From Botryllus schlosseri (Eukaryota), in assembly GCA_051294905.1 (NCBI GenBank), contig CM119371.1, positions 17,238,001 to 17,302,000 on the forward strand: 64,000 nt of DNA. Reading direction: 5' to 3'. Shown one piece after another: positions 1 to 12,629 of this stretch; within the stretch, counting starts at the first letter, position 1, and the number at the start of each line of letters is the position of its first letter. A program made the translations under genes and the position numbers. A model generated the notes under the pieces. That model ran no database searches. It worked only from the letters and a program-made list of their open reading frames with translations, and had not been told where the DNA came from.

Positions 1-9
1 TATACCTAA

Positions 10-300
10 AAGTACGATTCACGACCGCACCCATAAGAACACATGGCGAATCACCACAGATCCCGTAAGAATACATGGCGCATCACCGCCGCAGCCTATA
101 GCAAAAAAGGCGAGTCACGACCACGAGTATTTCAATACGATTCACCGCCGCAGCCTATATCCGAAAAGGCGAATCACGACCGCATCCATAAGAACACATG
201 GCGAATCGCGGCCCCGCCATAAGAGATAAGAGGCGAATCGCCACCCCGGGTTTCCAGGCGAATCGCCACCCCGCCATAAGAACCCCTGCCACATCACGAG
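10..300. repeat. Degenerate ~31-bp minisatellite (core GCGAATCAC/GCGAATCGCC), truncated by window start
   Basis: Core recurs at about 15, 46, 77, 110, 138, 169, 200, 233 and 258. Spacer variants such as CATAAGAACACAT and GCAGCCTATA are reused. Confidence 0.75.
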
Positions 301-1224
301 CGATCTATATAACTACTGTTGCCCGCCCCTGGCCTAGAGTCATAGTTTTACTTACTGTGTGGTAATCGCCGGCGCCAGTATGCCGATTTCTTTAAAATAT
401 GCCCGTTATTTACTACCATTCATAACGACATGAAATTTCGTGAAGAAAATTTTCCCATTCCTTAAATCTTTCCCGGGAGCGACGAACGAAATACTTAATA
501 GCTCTCTGTTCGCAGAGCGGCAGTGACGGATCCGGTTAGCCCGTATAGCTCTTGTGTATATTATTCCTGCCCGCGGTTCCAGGAACTTCGTGAAACACAA
601 TGATCGAATTCGTGCATCCACGAACGAAGTTTGCGTTATTAGTATTTTTCCTCCACTATATGATTAAATAAATATTATACTGTGATAACGAAACGATTTT
701 AAGCCCGCTTGAAACAATTCTTAACGTGATTTCGGTGAATGAAATACTACATAGTTGTGGAGAGAAAAATGGTTATTATATGCACATGCACACTGAAATC
801 GCGATGTCAGAATATTAAATCCAATGGCGCCATCAATTTATGCCACACTTACATTATGTCCAACGATTTCACGGCTAGACATTTCAGATCGACTATACTA
901 AGGTTAATGAGCTGCGCTGATTCCCTAATCTTTTATGATTCATTGCTGTGGTACCGTATACTTCCACGGGGATTGGATAATTAATTGCGAATATGGCTAT
1001 TTTATTGTTATTACAATACGACCTCACTAAGTACCGTGAATATACATCAAATATGATTCAGTCTGAGTTTAATACACTTTCTGTTGAGGGCATTACCAGA
1101 TATGACCTTGCTGGCTACTCAGCATTACCTTCAAGTTATTAAATACTCAAAATTATTTTGTTGCGATAAGCTGTACGTTGTCATCGTAAGCATAGCCGGG
1201 GAACACAAGACACTGTGGCTATTT

Positions 1225-2340
1225 GATGGTGTGAACCAGTGTTGGGATGACTCGAGTCACTTTATCGTAATAGAAATAGTTTGTGAATAACTGCTTGTCG
1301 CCAAACCGTATCGTAGGCTTTATTGATGTCGATGAACACTGCGATTGTGACTCGAGTCACTTTGCTAAAATGGCTTGACTTGACTTGACCTGGCGTATCA
1401 GAAATGTGGATTGACTCGTGACTCGGAGCAAAATTCACGAGTCAATTTTAATTCATCAAGTAATCGGTGTCGCTAAAAATCACTGTATCTTGCATATGTT
1501 CGGATTGTCCGCGCAACGCTGATGTAACCCGTGACAGCGATCAATCATCCAATGATCGTGCGTGTTACTGAGCCTCCATTGTTCTCTCACAAATATATTG
1601 ATAGCAAACGAAGTGATCGAAGCTGACATACTACGTTGTCGTTAACTATAGTATAGTAAAGTAATTTGATAGCAAAATGTCTATTTCTGTTTTGTGTTCT
1701 TAACTTAACCGAACCTCTTGTTATATTGAAATTGAATTCGAAAATAGTTTATATAGTCCTCAACCGTTGGCGCAAGCTCGAATTGTATCATATCAATTTG
1801 CAAAAGGGTAATGCATTGCATCTTATCAATTCGTTTCTCTATTCTCTATTTTGGCTGGTAACTATAAACTGAGGCTGTGCAATTAATTACGTGGTTTATT
1901 AGCTCTACTTATACGTGAGCGATACAGCGGCTTACTTGCGTGTATAATAAACTCTATATTCGTTCATCGGTTCCAAATCAATGACCACTCAAACTGTATT
2001 TCAGACAGCTAGGAAAATACAATGACGTAATCACGCCTCATACCTCGAAAAGGCAATTTGACTTGAATTGTGACTTGACTCGCGACTTGACTTGACTTGA
2101 CTCGACTCGACTGGAGTCACCTCCGAACATCGACTGACTTGACTTGACTCGAGTCACCTTCGAAAATCACTTGACTTGATTTGACTCGAGTCAAAATGTG
2201 CAATGCCTCGAGCTCGTGACTCGAAGGTAGTGACTTGATCCCAACACTGGTGTGAACCTCTGAAAGGTTCAGATTCGTGTGAACGCGAAACTCATGACGT
2301 CACGACACGTCATATTGCTCATTTCTAACCCTACATTTCA
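1225..2340 (-). mobile_element. Truncated end of family-A MITE (TAGGGATGGTGTGAAC TIR), interrupted by the 1237-2249 element
   Basis: GATGGTGTGAAC at 1225 continues after 2250 as GTGTGAACCTCTGAAAGGTTCAG, the reverse complement of the right end of 2703-3668. Confidence 0.7.
1237..2249. mobile_element. hAT-type MITE family B with subterminal GACTCGAGTC/GACTT arrays
   Basis: TIR CAGTGTTGGGAT...ATCCCAACACTG. Perfect 8-bp TSD GTGTGAAC (1229-1236, 2250-2257). Second copy at 46959-48258. Confidence 0.92.
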
Positions 2341-2702
2341 GTATTATTATAATAATTATTATCATTATGTATAAAAACATTTAGTGGTGCTTTTCGCATC
2401 GAAGGCTTTTTGCACCACGGCGATTCAGACATTTTGATCAATATGATGGCACGAAATGTCATGAAAACCCAGAATGAGTACGTAGTTAAATGCGACGCTT
2501 TGACTCTCGTATGAAGTCCAGTAGATCGGCGATAATGTTGCTGTCCGTTAAAAGGTTATATAGCCGGAAAGGTACGTTCTTTGTCTGCGCGATACGTTGT
2601 AGCTTTCTTCTTATCTCAGTCAGGTGTAAGCAGGTCATAATATAATGTTCGACCGTTTCTTTTCGCCGCAATGCTCGCACAATGGTGATTCCGAGTAGCC
2701 AA

Positions 2703-3668
2703 TAGGGATGGTGTGAACGTGAGGTTCACGTTCGCGTTCTGTGTGTGAACCTCGGAAATTTAGAGGTTCGCGTTCACAACAGAACCTTGGTAGGTTCTGC
2801 CCTGTGAACCTTTTGGAAAATTGTAATTTTTACTCCATTATAAGATCTTTGGCTCAAATTTATTGCATTTCAACTGCGGGCCACTCCATGCATGGTGCTG
2901 GCAGGATAAAAAATCAACACTGAACGAGCATGCACCTCGACAACCTTAGAAGTTTTACTTGCTTTGTTGCAAAAATTTTCTCGGAATATCCAGCTTTCCG
3001 TTTGTGAATATTTAGTGACTCTCTGCTGTGAGCCTGACCCGCAATCGATATACGTAGTCAGCGAATGATGCTTAGTCAACCAATCAATGACATTGAGATT
3101 GTCTTCTGATGTAAAAAATCGAACGGTCGTACTGGGTCAATCTTGACTTCATATCTTTACTGTATCATTAAAACGAAATCCGTGCGATTAAGGTGCGTGC
3201 TACTGCTGCATAACTTGTTGTTTGTGGTATCGGTAGCGAGTATAGAAACCCGTTGTACACTCTGCTCAATATCAACTACGAACACATTGTCCGGTCTGGC
3301 TAAGACCGTTAAGGCGTAAGCTTATATTCCTTGGTAAGTCCTCGTCGAAATTGTTGGCAAAGCGACGGAATGTACTGATTTTATGCAATTATTATATCCT
3401 TTGATTACCGCGGTTGATATATTTAGCGACGTTTAAAACGCCGATATGTACTTCAGCATTGTGGCATTATGTGGGCCGAATCTTCGCTAGGAATAGTGTA
3501 CATTAATATAGGGCATATTAGGCCATCACTTCATTGAAAGAAAGGGTTGGACTTAACAATATGACGTCACGTGACGTCACGAGGTTCACGTTCGTGTTCA
3601 CACAGAACCTTTCTAAAAGGTTCGCGTTCACACGAACCTGAACCTTTCAGAGGTTCACACCATCCCTA
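2703..3668. mobile_element. hAT-type MITE family A
   Basis: TIR TAGGGATGGTGTGAAC...GTTCACACCATCCCTA. Perfect TSD GTAGCCAA. Copies at 12630 and 42587. Confidence 0.93.
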
Positions 3669-3985
3669 GTAGCCAATGTGGTGTAGATGTGCATTGAGTC
3701 CGCAGTGACCGGTGCGTAGTCGAAACAACGTAGCTTTGTTGCGTCTTGGTGGGACTGATGTTAATTTCACCTCCATATTTGGTCCGAAGATTTTATAATG
3801 GCTCCCTGTTTCTGTATCGAGATATTCCCGGTTCCAAATAGCTTTGCATTTATGTGAAGCGATTTTCTTTGCATCTATAGGGATGTCATGAATTGTGATG
3901 GCACGATGTGATAATATTGCCTCCTTGGCCAGACGATCGGCTACTTCATTTCCGGGAATTCCTGGGTGGCCCGGACTCCATATGA

Positions 3986-4416
3986 TAGGCTTACCATATT
4001 TTGGGAACATTAAAAGAGGACAGAAATTTGAGACTTGCAAAGCCGGATAAGAATTCTCAAAAATCGGTGAATTTTTCCCATTTTGTGACCGGTTGACTAA
4101 AAAAAAGGTCATCTTCCCGCTCAGAGCTCAAAATACCGTTTTTCTCTCCGCATTGCTAGGTGGATGACTGAAAAAAAGGTTATCTGTTAACTCAGAGCTA
4201 AAATCACCGTTTTTCGCTCCGAACTACCCTCCGGAGCGTCACTTCTGTACTAATTTACGGCATATCACTCGCAATTTGCTCTAAATCTGACCTAAATTTT
4301 CAAAAAAGAGGACAAAATCTCAAAAAAGAGGACAAAAGGCCGTCCTCCGAGGACACTTTCAAAAAAGTAAAAAAAAGAGGACAATTCCTCTTAAAAGAGG
4401 ACGTATGGTAACCCTA
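3986..4416. mobile_element. hAT-type MITE family C (TAGGGTTACCATA TIR, AAAGAGGACA repeats)
   Basis: TAGGCTTACCATA...TATGGTAACCCTA. Perfect TSD CCATATGA. Copies at 10241 and 39225. Confidence 0.9.
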
Positions 4417-4688
4417 CCATATGAGCGTGATTGCCATTCCTACTCTCTTCAACCTGTTGAGAACACTAACAATTTGATTAACGATAAAAGGCCCATCTGT
4501 TCGATAATTAGCTATACAGTCCAGTGCACTAAGGCAATCGCCGAGGACAACAGCTTGGCTAACGTTATTCGTTCAATCCAATGCAGAGCGGATAATACGG
4601 CATATGATTCTACTGAGAATGACGACAGGGCTCCTTGGCATTTGTGAGATATTGTTACATTCCGATCTTTTAGGAATATTGCATAACC

Positions 4689-6188
4689 CAGTGGTTCCCA
4701 ACCGGTGAGGAATTCCCCCCTTGGGGGGAATTTTGCAATTTTTAGGGAGGAATTCCACTCTAGAATTGTAACGGATTTTCCAAATTGTTCATGTTCATGT
4801 CCGAACTGTCATGTAGTCAACCAGTTATATCCGAACGTATGCTCCTCATGGCTGTTTTTTGTTTGCTGAAAGTATATTCAAATGCTATTTGAAATCTCTT
4901 TTTCACATACAAATTACCCCCTTTTTTCAAACTAGTTCAGATGTGCTGCAGTTCGCAAGACAATTTTGTAGGCCAGCGACGGCCTCTCAATCAACTATAT
5001 CCTAAGCGAGCAAATGTTGAGCCGAATCTATCATAACAAGGCCTCTAGTAAAAGTATTTACCTTATATTTTCAAGTCAACATTTTCAGACAGTGACAAAA
5101 TATTCCAACGTCATCGATTCAAGTCAAAGAACAGCTACCCGATCTAAAAAAGACATATTAAACTTGGTGCAATGTTGCCGAAACGTAATGGGTGTCCTAA
5201 ATTTCAATGAGCTCCAGCAGGGAATCCGATCACGTGTATGTTATAAATCAGGGCTGTAACTAAATCACGAGGCTCCGAGTCACAAGTCAATCTCACTTTC
5301 ATACTTTTGACTCGAGTCAAGTCATGTCATTTTCAATTCACCATTGAGTCAAGTCTGAGTCCAAGTCACAGCTAGAGCAGAGGGTCGAGTCCGAGTCATG
5401 GTATTATGACTCGAGTCCGAGTCCAAGTCACACCCCAGACAACACTGTTTGTTGATATTGAATGATTTGGATTTATGATATACTAATTTTCCTCACTTTG
5501 AGCAGTTTCTTGTCGCATTGTCAAGTACCAGAATCAATAGACGAAATTCCAATAGAGTGGTCGCTGTACTGTTCTTCGAAATTACAATGAAATGTCGGTA
5601 TTGGCCGTCTTATAGCCTCGAGTCATATGGCTTGGTTCGAGTCATGCTCAATGACTCGAGTCCAAGTCGACTCAATACCCAAGTCAAGTCGAGTCGTTTC
5701 CGTATTTTGAGAAAATGACTCGAGTCAAGTCGAGTCGTCAGAAAATGGGGAGTCGAGTCAGACCCGAGTCTGGTCAACCCTCCTATATACGAAAGTACCA
5801 ATATTATTGGTCAAATGCATACGCAAACTTGAAAATAAATCGCGAGACCAGCAAATCTATGCATACTGATTTTTCACAACAGTTATATTAGCGATTGGTG
5901 CATGGTAAGCCGAAAACACAAATGGAAGTGTGGGGGTCTGTTGAGTCAAGCGTTTCAAAATTTGTTTGATTGCGAGCAAGACCATTGTTTTTGGAGGTCT
6001 ACAGAGTGTTATTACAGCACTGCTAGAAACAAACACTCGGTACCGCCCGTCTTATTCTCTCAGTCAACAGGTGTTTGCGCGGTAAAAATGACCTTTTTTA
6101 ATCGTCGGGCAGATTTATCCTAAGGGGGGAATTTTGGTTTAAATTTCGGCCAAGGGAGGCACGAGATGAAAAAGGTTGGGAACCACTG
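4689..6188. mobile_element. Buster/Charlie-like hAT non-autonomous element
   Basis: TIR CAGTGGTTCCCAACC...GGTTGGGAACCACTG. Perfect TSD GCATAACC (NNNTANNN). Confidence 0.92.
5249..5782. mobile_element. GACTCGAGTC-rich MITE nested in 4689-6188
   Basis: Starts CAGGGCTGTAAC and ends GGTCAACCCTC, with dense GACTCGAGTC repeats. No clean TSD. Relatives end at ~8091 and ~29050. Confidence 0.65.
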
Positions 6189-7098
6189 GCATAACCAGTG
6201 GCATCCGTGGTCTTCGATCCGTTTGTGAAAACATGTATATGGTTTGGGTATGAGCCCATTAGTTCAGTGTAGGCTACGTCCACAATATATCAGATTGAGT
6301 GACGATTGGTAATTCGTGATAATGACAAATCAACCTGTAAATCACCGATTGTTCAAGGTGTTGCTCGAACGAGTTCCTTGCCGCGAATACACTGGTCGTC
6401 GAGTGGGTTCGATCTTGTCAAGAAATCGATCGTACAATATCTGTTTCTCAATATGTAGTATGTGTCTTCCCGCGTAGTCTTGAGTAATTCAGAGTTTTGA
6501 TGGTTTGACTTAGTTAAGATTTGATATCGGTATTTTAAACAAAGATACTAGTGTCTAATGTGTATTGGCATCTCGTTATACGACGCTTCTATCGAACATA
6601 TCGGAATGCTTTTCATCGCACCACAGCACATGCGTAATGCCTTATTAGTGATTACCGTGATTTTCTTCAGGTACGTCACAGGTGCGAAGAAATACGCCTC
6701 CATCCCATATTCGATCACGGATTTTACTAGAGTTCTGTATAAAGTTAGAAGTACATGTTTCGAAGCCCCCCATTTCGTTCCTGACATCTGCTTAGTCAGA
6801 GCCAGGCAATTTCTATCCAAGAACACAAAAAAGTATTTTTCGTTGTACTACAAAAGTTATTATAGTTTTACCATAATTATGGTAGAAATAAAATAATATA
6901 TAATGCGTGATATAACTACTGGAATGTTTCACAAGTTCAGATATATAAATAAAGTATTTAATGAGACGATTTGTCAGTTTGGTTAAAAAAATGCAGGCCC
7001 AAGATTATGTGCGAAAACACCTATTTACATACATGAGGGCTAATATTCGTTAAAATTGAGTTTTCAAGGTAAATAATGTCCAAATCTTGATTTTTCAG

Positions 7099-7119
7099 AT
7101 CAGAACCTGACGGTGTTAG
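7099..7119 (+). CDS. Candidate 21-nt microexon upstream of the NACHT exon (xQNLTVL-G)
   Basis: TTTTTCAG acceptor and AG|GTAACA donor. It ends in phase 1, matching the phase-1 start of the NACHT exon at 8242. Confidence 0.4.
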
Positions 7120-7559
7120 GTAACAAAAATCGCCCTACTCGTTATACGTTCCAATAAATCTGAAATGCATTGTTGTTTAGACGTTAAGCATAGTTCTATG
7201 CTAGTGAATCGGTCTCCTAAGCACATGAAATGAAAAAAAGCTTGCCTGAGAAGTGTCACATCTTCAAAACATAATATCCTTTTACAAAAACTGTTCATGC
7301 GATAGATATCTATTTTTCTTTAAACCTACTAAACGTCGTATCAGATGCGTGAAATAAATGCGGGATGCTGACGCCTGGCACAGAACAAGAAAATAGGAGG
7401 CCTTTAGACTGAATGAAAAATAACAAAAGATAATATAAAAATGAAAGGGATGAAAATGAAATGGCATATGGAGTCGATATGCCACTTCATCGAGACGAGT
7501 GTGAGTCTGAGTAACGTGTATATTGTGTTTACACAAAGAATGAGTCATTAATCTATCTG

Positions 7560-8091
7560 AAATCTGATGATTCTCAATGATCCCAAAATATTCGCGATAA
7601 TTAGATTTGTGTGGCCAGCTGACTCGACTTGTACTCGAGTCACTGTTCATGACTCGAGCCAATTCATATGACTTGAGACTGGCACGACCAAGACAGAAAT
7701 TTCGTTATAACTTCGAAGAATAGTAAAGTTACCACATTATTGGTCTTTCGTCTGTCATTCCTGATAGGCCTACTTGGAAATTAGATCCAAGAAACGGTTA
7801 AGATTGCTGGAAATGACGATATTGAGATTGCGAGCCATTCTATATCACTCGCGCTGAGTTGAAAAAGTTGTCTGAAGTTGATTTAACTACTAAACTGAAG
7901 AGTGAACATATTTATTTGAATTTGGACGGACTCGAGTCGAGTCAAAACACTATGACTCGGATTCGACCATATACTTACTAGCTCACCTTAACTTGGACTG
8001 GACTCGAAGGGGAATTGAAATTGACTCTACTTGACTCTTGACTACTTGACTATAATATTCAGATTGACTGATGACTTGGTTACAAACCTGC
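7560..8091. mobile_element. Decayed GACTCGAGTC-rich MITE relic
   Basis: GACTCG/GACTTG arrays ending in TTGGTTACAAACCTG. Left boundary approximate. Confidence 0.5.
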
Positions 8092-8241
8092 CCTGGGTGT
8101 CGTTAAGTAGCATAAGTCTAGGTCTAGACCAGGCATATCGATTTGTTCAAAGTATTCAAAGTATCGTTCCGGAGACCCTGTAAGCCTGAGTTAACTGTCC
8201 GAGTATATGAACGGCATTGTAAAGGTTTCATTTTAAAACAG

Positions 8242-9392
8242 GTTTGGTGTATCAGATTAATAAAGAAACGAATATTACGCTTGAGAAACTACAGCACCGC
8301 CATTCCATTTCACAAATGCATCTCACGCCGATCAAGAACAAATACTCCCTGAGATATCAACGGTTGACCTTTGACAAATCGGTAAAGCACGTCGACGAAA
8401 AAGCTGATACGACGAAAAGAGACTTCTTTAACCCAGTGCCACTAGCAACAGTACATGAGCTCCAGAACAACCAAATCTCCTCAACGGTGCTACTTCTTGG
8501 GGGATCAGGCGAAGGAAAGACCACCACTGCAATGAGATATACCAATTTAGCTAAGAGAGGAGAAATCATCGGACCCTCTGATGTCAAAATCATAGTCTTC
8601 ATTGAAGGAAAATCCATTCACTGGAAAAGCAAGTGCAGGCCTTTTGATCTGTTATTTAAAGATCAATTTGCTAACATATTTACAACTGTGGAGGCTTCAA
8701 AACCGTTTGAGGACTGGATAGCCGAAAATCCATCTCAAGTTCTAATGATTATTGATGGCATTGACTTATCCAGTAGTGACTCAATCAGCTCTGCAAATGT
8801 AACTTTAGACATGCAGGTACACCCCATATCCATAATAGTAAACCTTCTTCGCCGAGTTATTTACAAGGGCATGTGGGTAATGTGTACTGCCGCGCCTCAG
8901 TGGCTTTGGAAATTGCCCTATTTTATAGATATAGAAGTTGTTCATATCGTGGGCTTCGACGAAGAGGACGTGCAGAATATCCTCGTACAACTCACGGGTA
9001 ATCGGCAACGTGTTGGCCTACTCCTTCATTATTATCCAGATATAAAACAGATCTGCAAGACACCAGCTACGCTGATACGCTTCGCACATCATATCAAGAA
9101 TAATGAAACAATGACTGATATTGAAATTCTTGATACGATACACTTTTTCCACTCACACCACCCTTGTGAAAAAATAACTGGACATGAGAGCATGAAGTTT
9201 GTGATGGCCGTCGCACACAAAGCAGCAACAACCGGAAGAATTGATTTAGAAATAGAAGAATCGAAACAGGATATCGTAAACGAAATGAGTCATTACATTT
9301 CGATTACGTATCCCCCAAACAGCGGAAGATTCAGTGGAAAGACAGCAATGTATCACCACACTCGTTTCAGATTTATTAGCAAAGCAGTACGT
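8242..9392 (+). CDS. NACHT (STAND P-loop NTPase) exon of an NLR-like gene
   Basis: Walker A VLLLGGSGEGKTT, Walker B VLMIIDGID, sensor-1 strand VMCTAAP, VHIVGFDEEDV and ICKTP. Acceptor TTTTAAAACAG and donor CGT|GTAAGT. Confidence 0.9.
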
Positions 9393-9520
9393 GTAAGTAG
9401 AACATAAACTACTCGTTACGTGTTACCTACATTTGCAATATGAAATTTCTCGACTAGATTGACTGATCAAACCCCATCGTGCTGCTGCGGCATCGGCAAA
9501 CATTAACTTACATCGTGCAT

Positions 9521-10139
9521 TTGTGGTGTTCAAAAAAAATTTCTAATTTCATCGGCTTCGTTTTCAAATTGACAGGTTACCTAAAAAACGTTGCGCACCA
9601 AATTTGACTCAATAACGACCGGTGGAAGCCGAGGTCAGTCAAATTGAAATTCGATCATTTTTGAAATAATAGTATTTATGGTGTCCAATTCCATCACACA
9701 GACATCACCGAAAATCGTGTTCCAGGTATGCCCGAAGAAGCAGGGATGTCTTTTCCACTTGTTTTGATCTCGACAATGGCCAATGGTAGAGTTTGGATGA
9801 ACAAATCGCCAGTAAACGGAGAAAAGATATGACACGGATTAGCTGGAAATTAGTCCACTTCATTGGAATAAACACGCTAAAACGATAGTGAGATAATTCC
9901 AAATATAATACTTTACACACTGTCTCTTCAGGCATACCTGGAACACGATTTTTTGTCATGACCATGTGACGAAATTGGTCACCGTAAATACTATTATTTC
10001 CAAAATGACCGAAATTTTAATTACACTGACCTCGGCTTCTACCGGTTGGAATTCAAATTTGGTGTGAAACGTTTTTTCAGGTAACTTGACGATTTGTGAA
10101 TCAAGCCGATGAAATTTGACGAAAAGAAGGACACCCCTA
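9521..10139. mobile_element. Long-TIR (foldback-like) hAT MITE
   Basis: Arms are imperfectly inverted over most of the element (e.g. AAAATCGTGTTCCAGGTATGCC / GGCATACCTGGAACACGATTTT). TSD TCGTGCAT. Related to 16426-16955. Confidence 0.82.
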
Positions 10140-10240
10140 TCGTGCATTTCATACCCTAAGCACGAACTTATACGGCATTGAACCTGTGGATAAGCCAAAC
10201 ATTCATATCACAATAAATGAAACTCGTAGTTTTTATAGTA

Positions 10241-10590
10241 TAGGGTTACCATATTTTGGAAATCTGAAAAGAGGACACTTATTCCAAATTTTCAAACTTG
10301 CAAAACCGGAGAAAAATCATTAAAAAATGGTAAATTTTTCCCACCTCGTGGTCGGATTACTAAATAAAGTCAACCTTCCGTCTCAGCTCCCGAAATACCT
10401 TCCGGGGCGTTACTTCGGTACTGATTTATGGCATCTCAGTCGAATTCGGCCGTTAATTTGACCGATATTCTGAGAAAAGCGGACAAAATCTCAAATAAAA
10501 AAGTGGATAAAAGGGTGTCCTCCGTGGACACTTTCAATAAAGTCAAAATAGTGGACAAATTATCTTAAAAGAGGATGTATGGCAACCTTA
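10241..10590. mobile_element. MITE family C
   Basis: TAGGGTTACCATA...TATGGCAACCTTA. Perfect TSD TTATAGTA. Confidence 0.9.
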
Positions 10591-11315
10591 TTATAGTAAA
10601 AGTTTTTGTTTTTGTAAAAATTATGTTTGTATTCAATTATTTGTCACTCATGAGATATGAGTTTTGATATAGTATCCACCCACATTCAATAAATCCCCTT
10701 CAGTTGCGCGGTCAGTTCGTAGTGCCTGGACACATAAAAGATAAAAAAAATACTTTCATGAGCTGCAAAGTTATTTCGCTCCTCGCATGTTAAACGGGGC
10801 AACGCACACTTCATTATTATCAAGACAATGCTTGCAACTCTAGTGTTGTGGTGCATTGACACCAATTGATAAATCAGGTCCTTAGAGTTCCCAATTTTGA
10901 ATGAAACTATGATATTTTTAGTAGTTGCATTATCGAAATAATTTTTCGGCATGCAACTTCCTAATCGCATTTGTTATGTAAATGCAACCCCATTAAATTT
11001 GGGGTTTGAAGCATCTGTCATGTAGTTATCGTTTGTGACGTCACTTTTGACGTCATGTCACTGCCTGCCGAAAGTGCCTTGAGCCAACAGAATCTTATCC
11101 TACAGCACTTTGTTTTCATCGTCGGTTTGCTATTTTCTTCGTACCTCTGCTATTGGATGTTCGTTCATTGTTCACTTTACACAGTAGTTCTTTATGATGT
11201 CTCATATCATGGCTGATTTATCATGGTACTACAGAGGCGCAAGAAATGACTAATATAATTTTGATACCAATTTACATCTGAAATAAAGTTATAATGTTGA
11301 TTTTAACTCATACAG

Positions 11316-11481
11316 GATATCTTAGCTGCATTTTATTGGCTCTCAATGGACGATATCAGAGACTACAAGAAGCTACAAGCGATATTATCTTTTTCCTATG
11401 TTCCGAATTACATTCTTATTGGAGTGGCAATCATTTCAGATGAAAAAAAATGGCCCTTTATAACTTCATGTTCAAATACAC
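11316..11481 (+). CDS. NLR-like gene exon: end of winged helix / HD2 (DILAAFYWLSMDD...)
   Basis: TACAG acceptor. The phase-0 join gives RFRFISKAVR|DILAAFY, equivalent to the NACHT F-H-S-QEFLAA motif. Donor C|GTGAGC is phase 1. Confidence 0.85.
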
Positions 11482-11549
11482 GTGAGCTCATAACTTTTAT
11501 CTGTGTAATCGTGCCTGTATGCAACACCCTTTTTGATGATACCACATAG

Positions 11550-11845
11550 GTGAAGACAGTTTGAGGCATCTACAAAAGCTACTGCTCAAGTTCCTCAAAT
11601 CGAAGAATAGAAGATCAATGATTAGCGAAGTCAAGGATCTTCAAATACTACGCAAATGCACCCTAGTTCTTGCTAGTGGTATTCTGTCGAAAGTGACCTC
11701 GATAAAAATGACGGCAAATTGCGATGCAGCTGATGTAATATCCGTTGCGCAATCAATTCCATCCATCGTTAAGGTGACGGTGGATCGCAGCATGACGATC
11801 CACTCGTCGTCACTGGCATTACTATTAGTATCAGTTTCTATGCAG
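11550..11845 (+). CDS. NLR-like gene exon (REDSLRHLQKLL...VSMQ)
   Basis: Follows a 68-bp GT-AG intron and is phase compatible. Donor CAG|GTAAGT. Confidence 0.82.
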
Positions 11846-12629
11846 GTAAGTTATGGTTCATCTTGAAATATTTCGCATACGTTAAATTATACGATATAAA
11901 ATAATCAATTTACGAAAGTGTGCGATACGTAGAGTAGATATTCAAGTATAATTTCTGAAATGTTGATAAATGGGCCCTACTTGAGCATCATGAACAATCA
12001 TTCATAATAGAATATCCTGCCATCTCAATATATACATGAAAAAAATGGTGGATATAACGTTATAGCTATACGGCTTTACGGGGCGCACCATTTTATATTA
12101 TGAATCGTCTAAAAACGTAATTGTTCTATTATTTGTTTTAAACGGCGTGGATTACATAGTGAGTAACAACTGGTTAAATTGTTTTGGATCTATATCTGGA
12201 TGCTCGAATCGCATGGTATATAGTTACATTTCCATATCTTGCGCTTGCGATCTTAAGAATATAAATGAATATATGCGATGCATAGCGGGAAAAAACGTAT
12301 CAGATGGCAACATTTACTGCGCCTTTTCTTATTTGTCTCATGAATGCCGAGTTGTCCACATGAAGATGCAGCACAGCATTATTAAATGCCCTAAATTTTC
12401 GAAGACTCCCCATCCATCAACTCTACCGGTGAATCTGAGCACATGGGTTGAGAAAGGACAAATATTTGATAGTAATATGTGAAGCTATACAAATATTAAG
12501 AACAAAATTCACCCATGAATATATGCACAATTTACGAGCTTCGCGGACAAGGAAGCGAATCCCTGTGACTATTAATAACATGGCTACTCACGATTTCGGT
12601 TCGCATAGTAAGCCGATATGAGTAAATAG

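Larger units (their letters stand above)
2342..6826 (-). mobile_element. Fragmented 5'-truncated RNase H-bearing LINE (I-group-like), split by three MITE insertions
   Basis: Pieces in order on the - strand: WGASKHVLLTLYRTLVKSVIEYG (6548-6826), RNase H HVFTNGSK (~6230), W-PGHPGIPGNEVADRLAK and RLRTGHCGLNAHLHHIGY (3669-3985), zinc-finger region ETVEHYIMTC (~2630-2700). A 3' UTR hairpin and TAA-rich tail lie at ~2342-2420. Confidence 0.88.

Noticed and set aside
10..300. CRISPR-like array
   Set aside because: The core is short and degenerate, spacers recur, there are no cas genes, and the context is eukaryotic.
3666..4112. 148-aa ORF as a gene
   Set aside because: Chimeric: the N-terminus is MITE sequence read into a LINE RNase H fragment. 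The same applies to the C-terminus of 6098-6283.
8244..9407. Standalone intronless or bacterial STAND gene
   Set aside because: It is bounded by splice sites, and the conserved motif is completed only after splicing to 11316.
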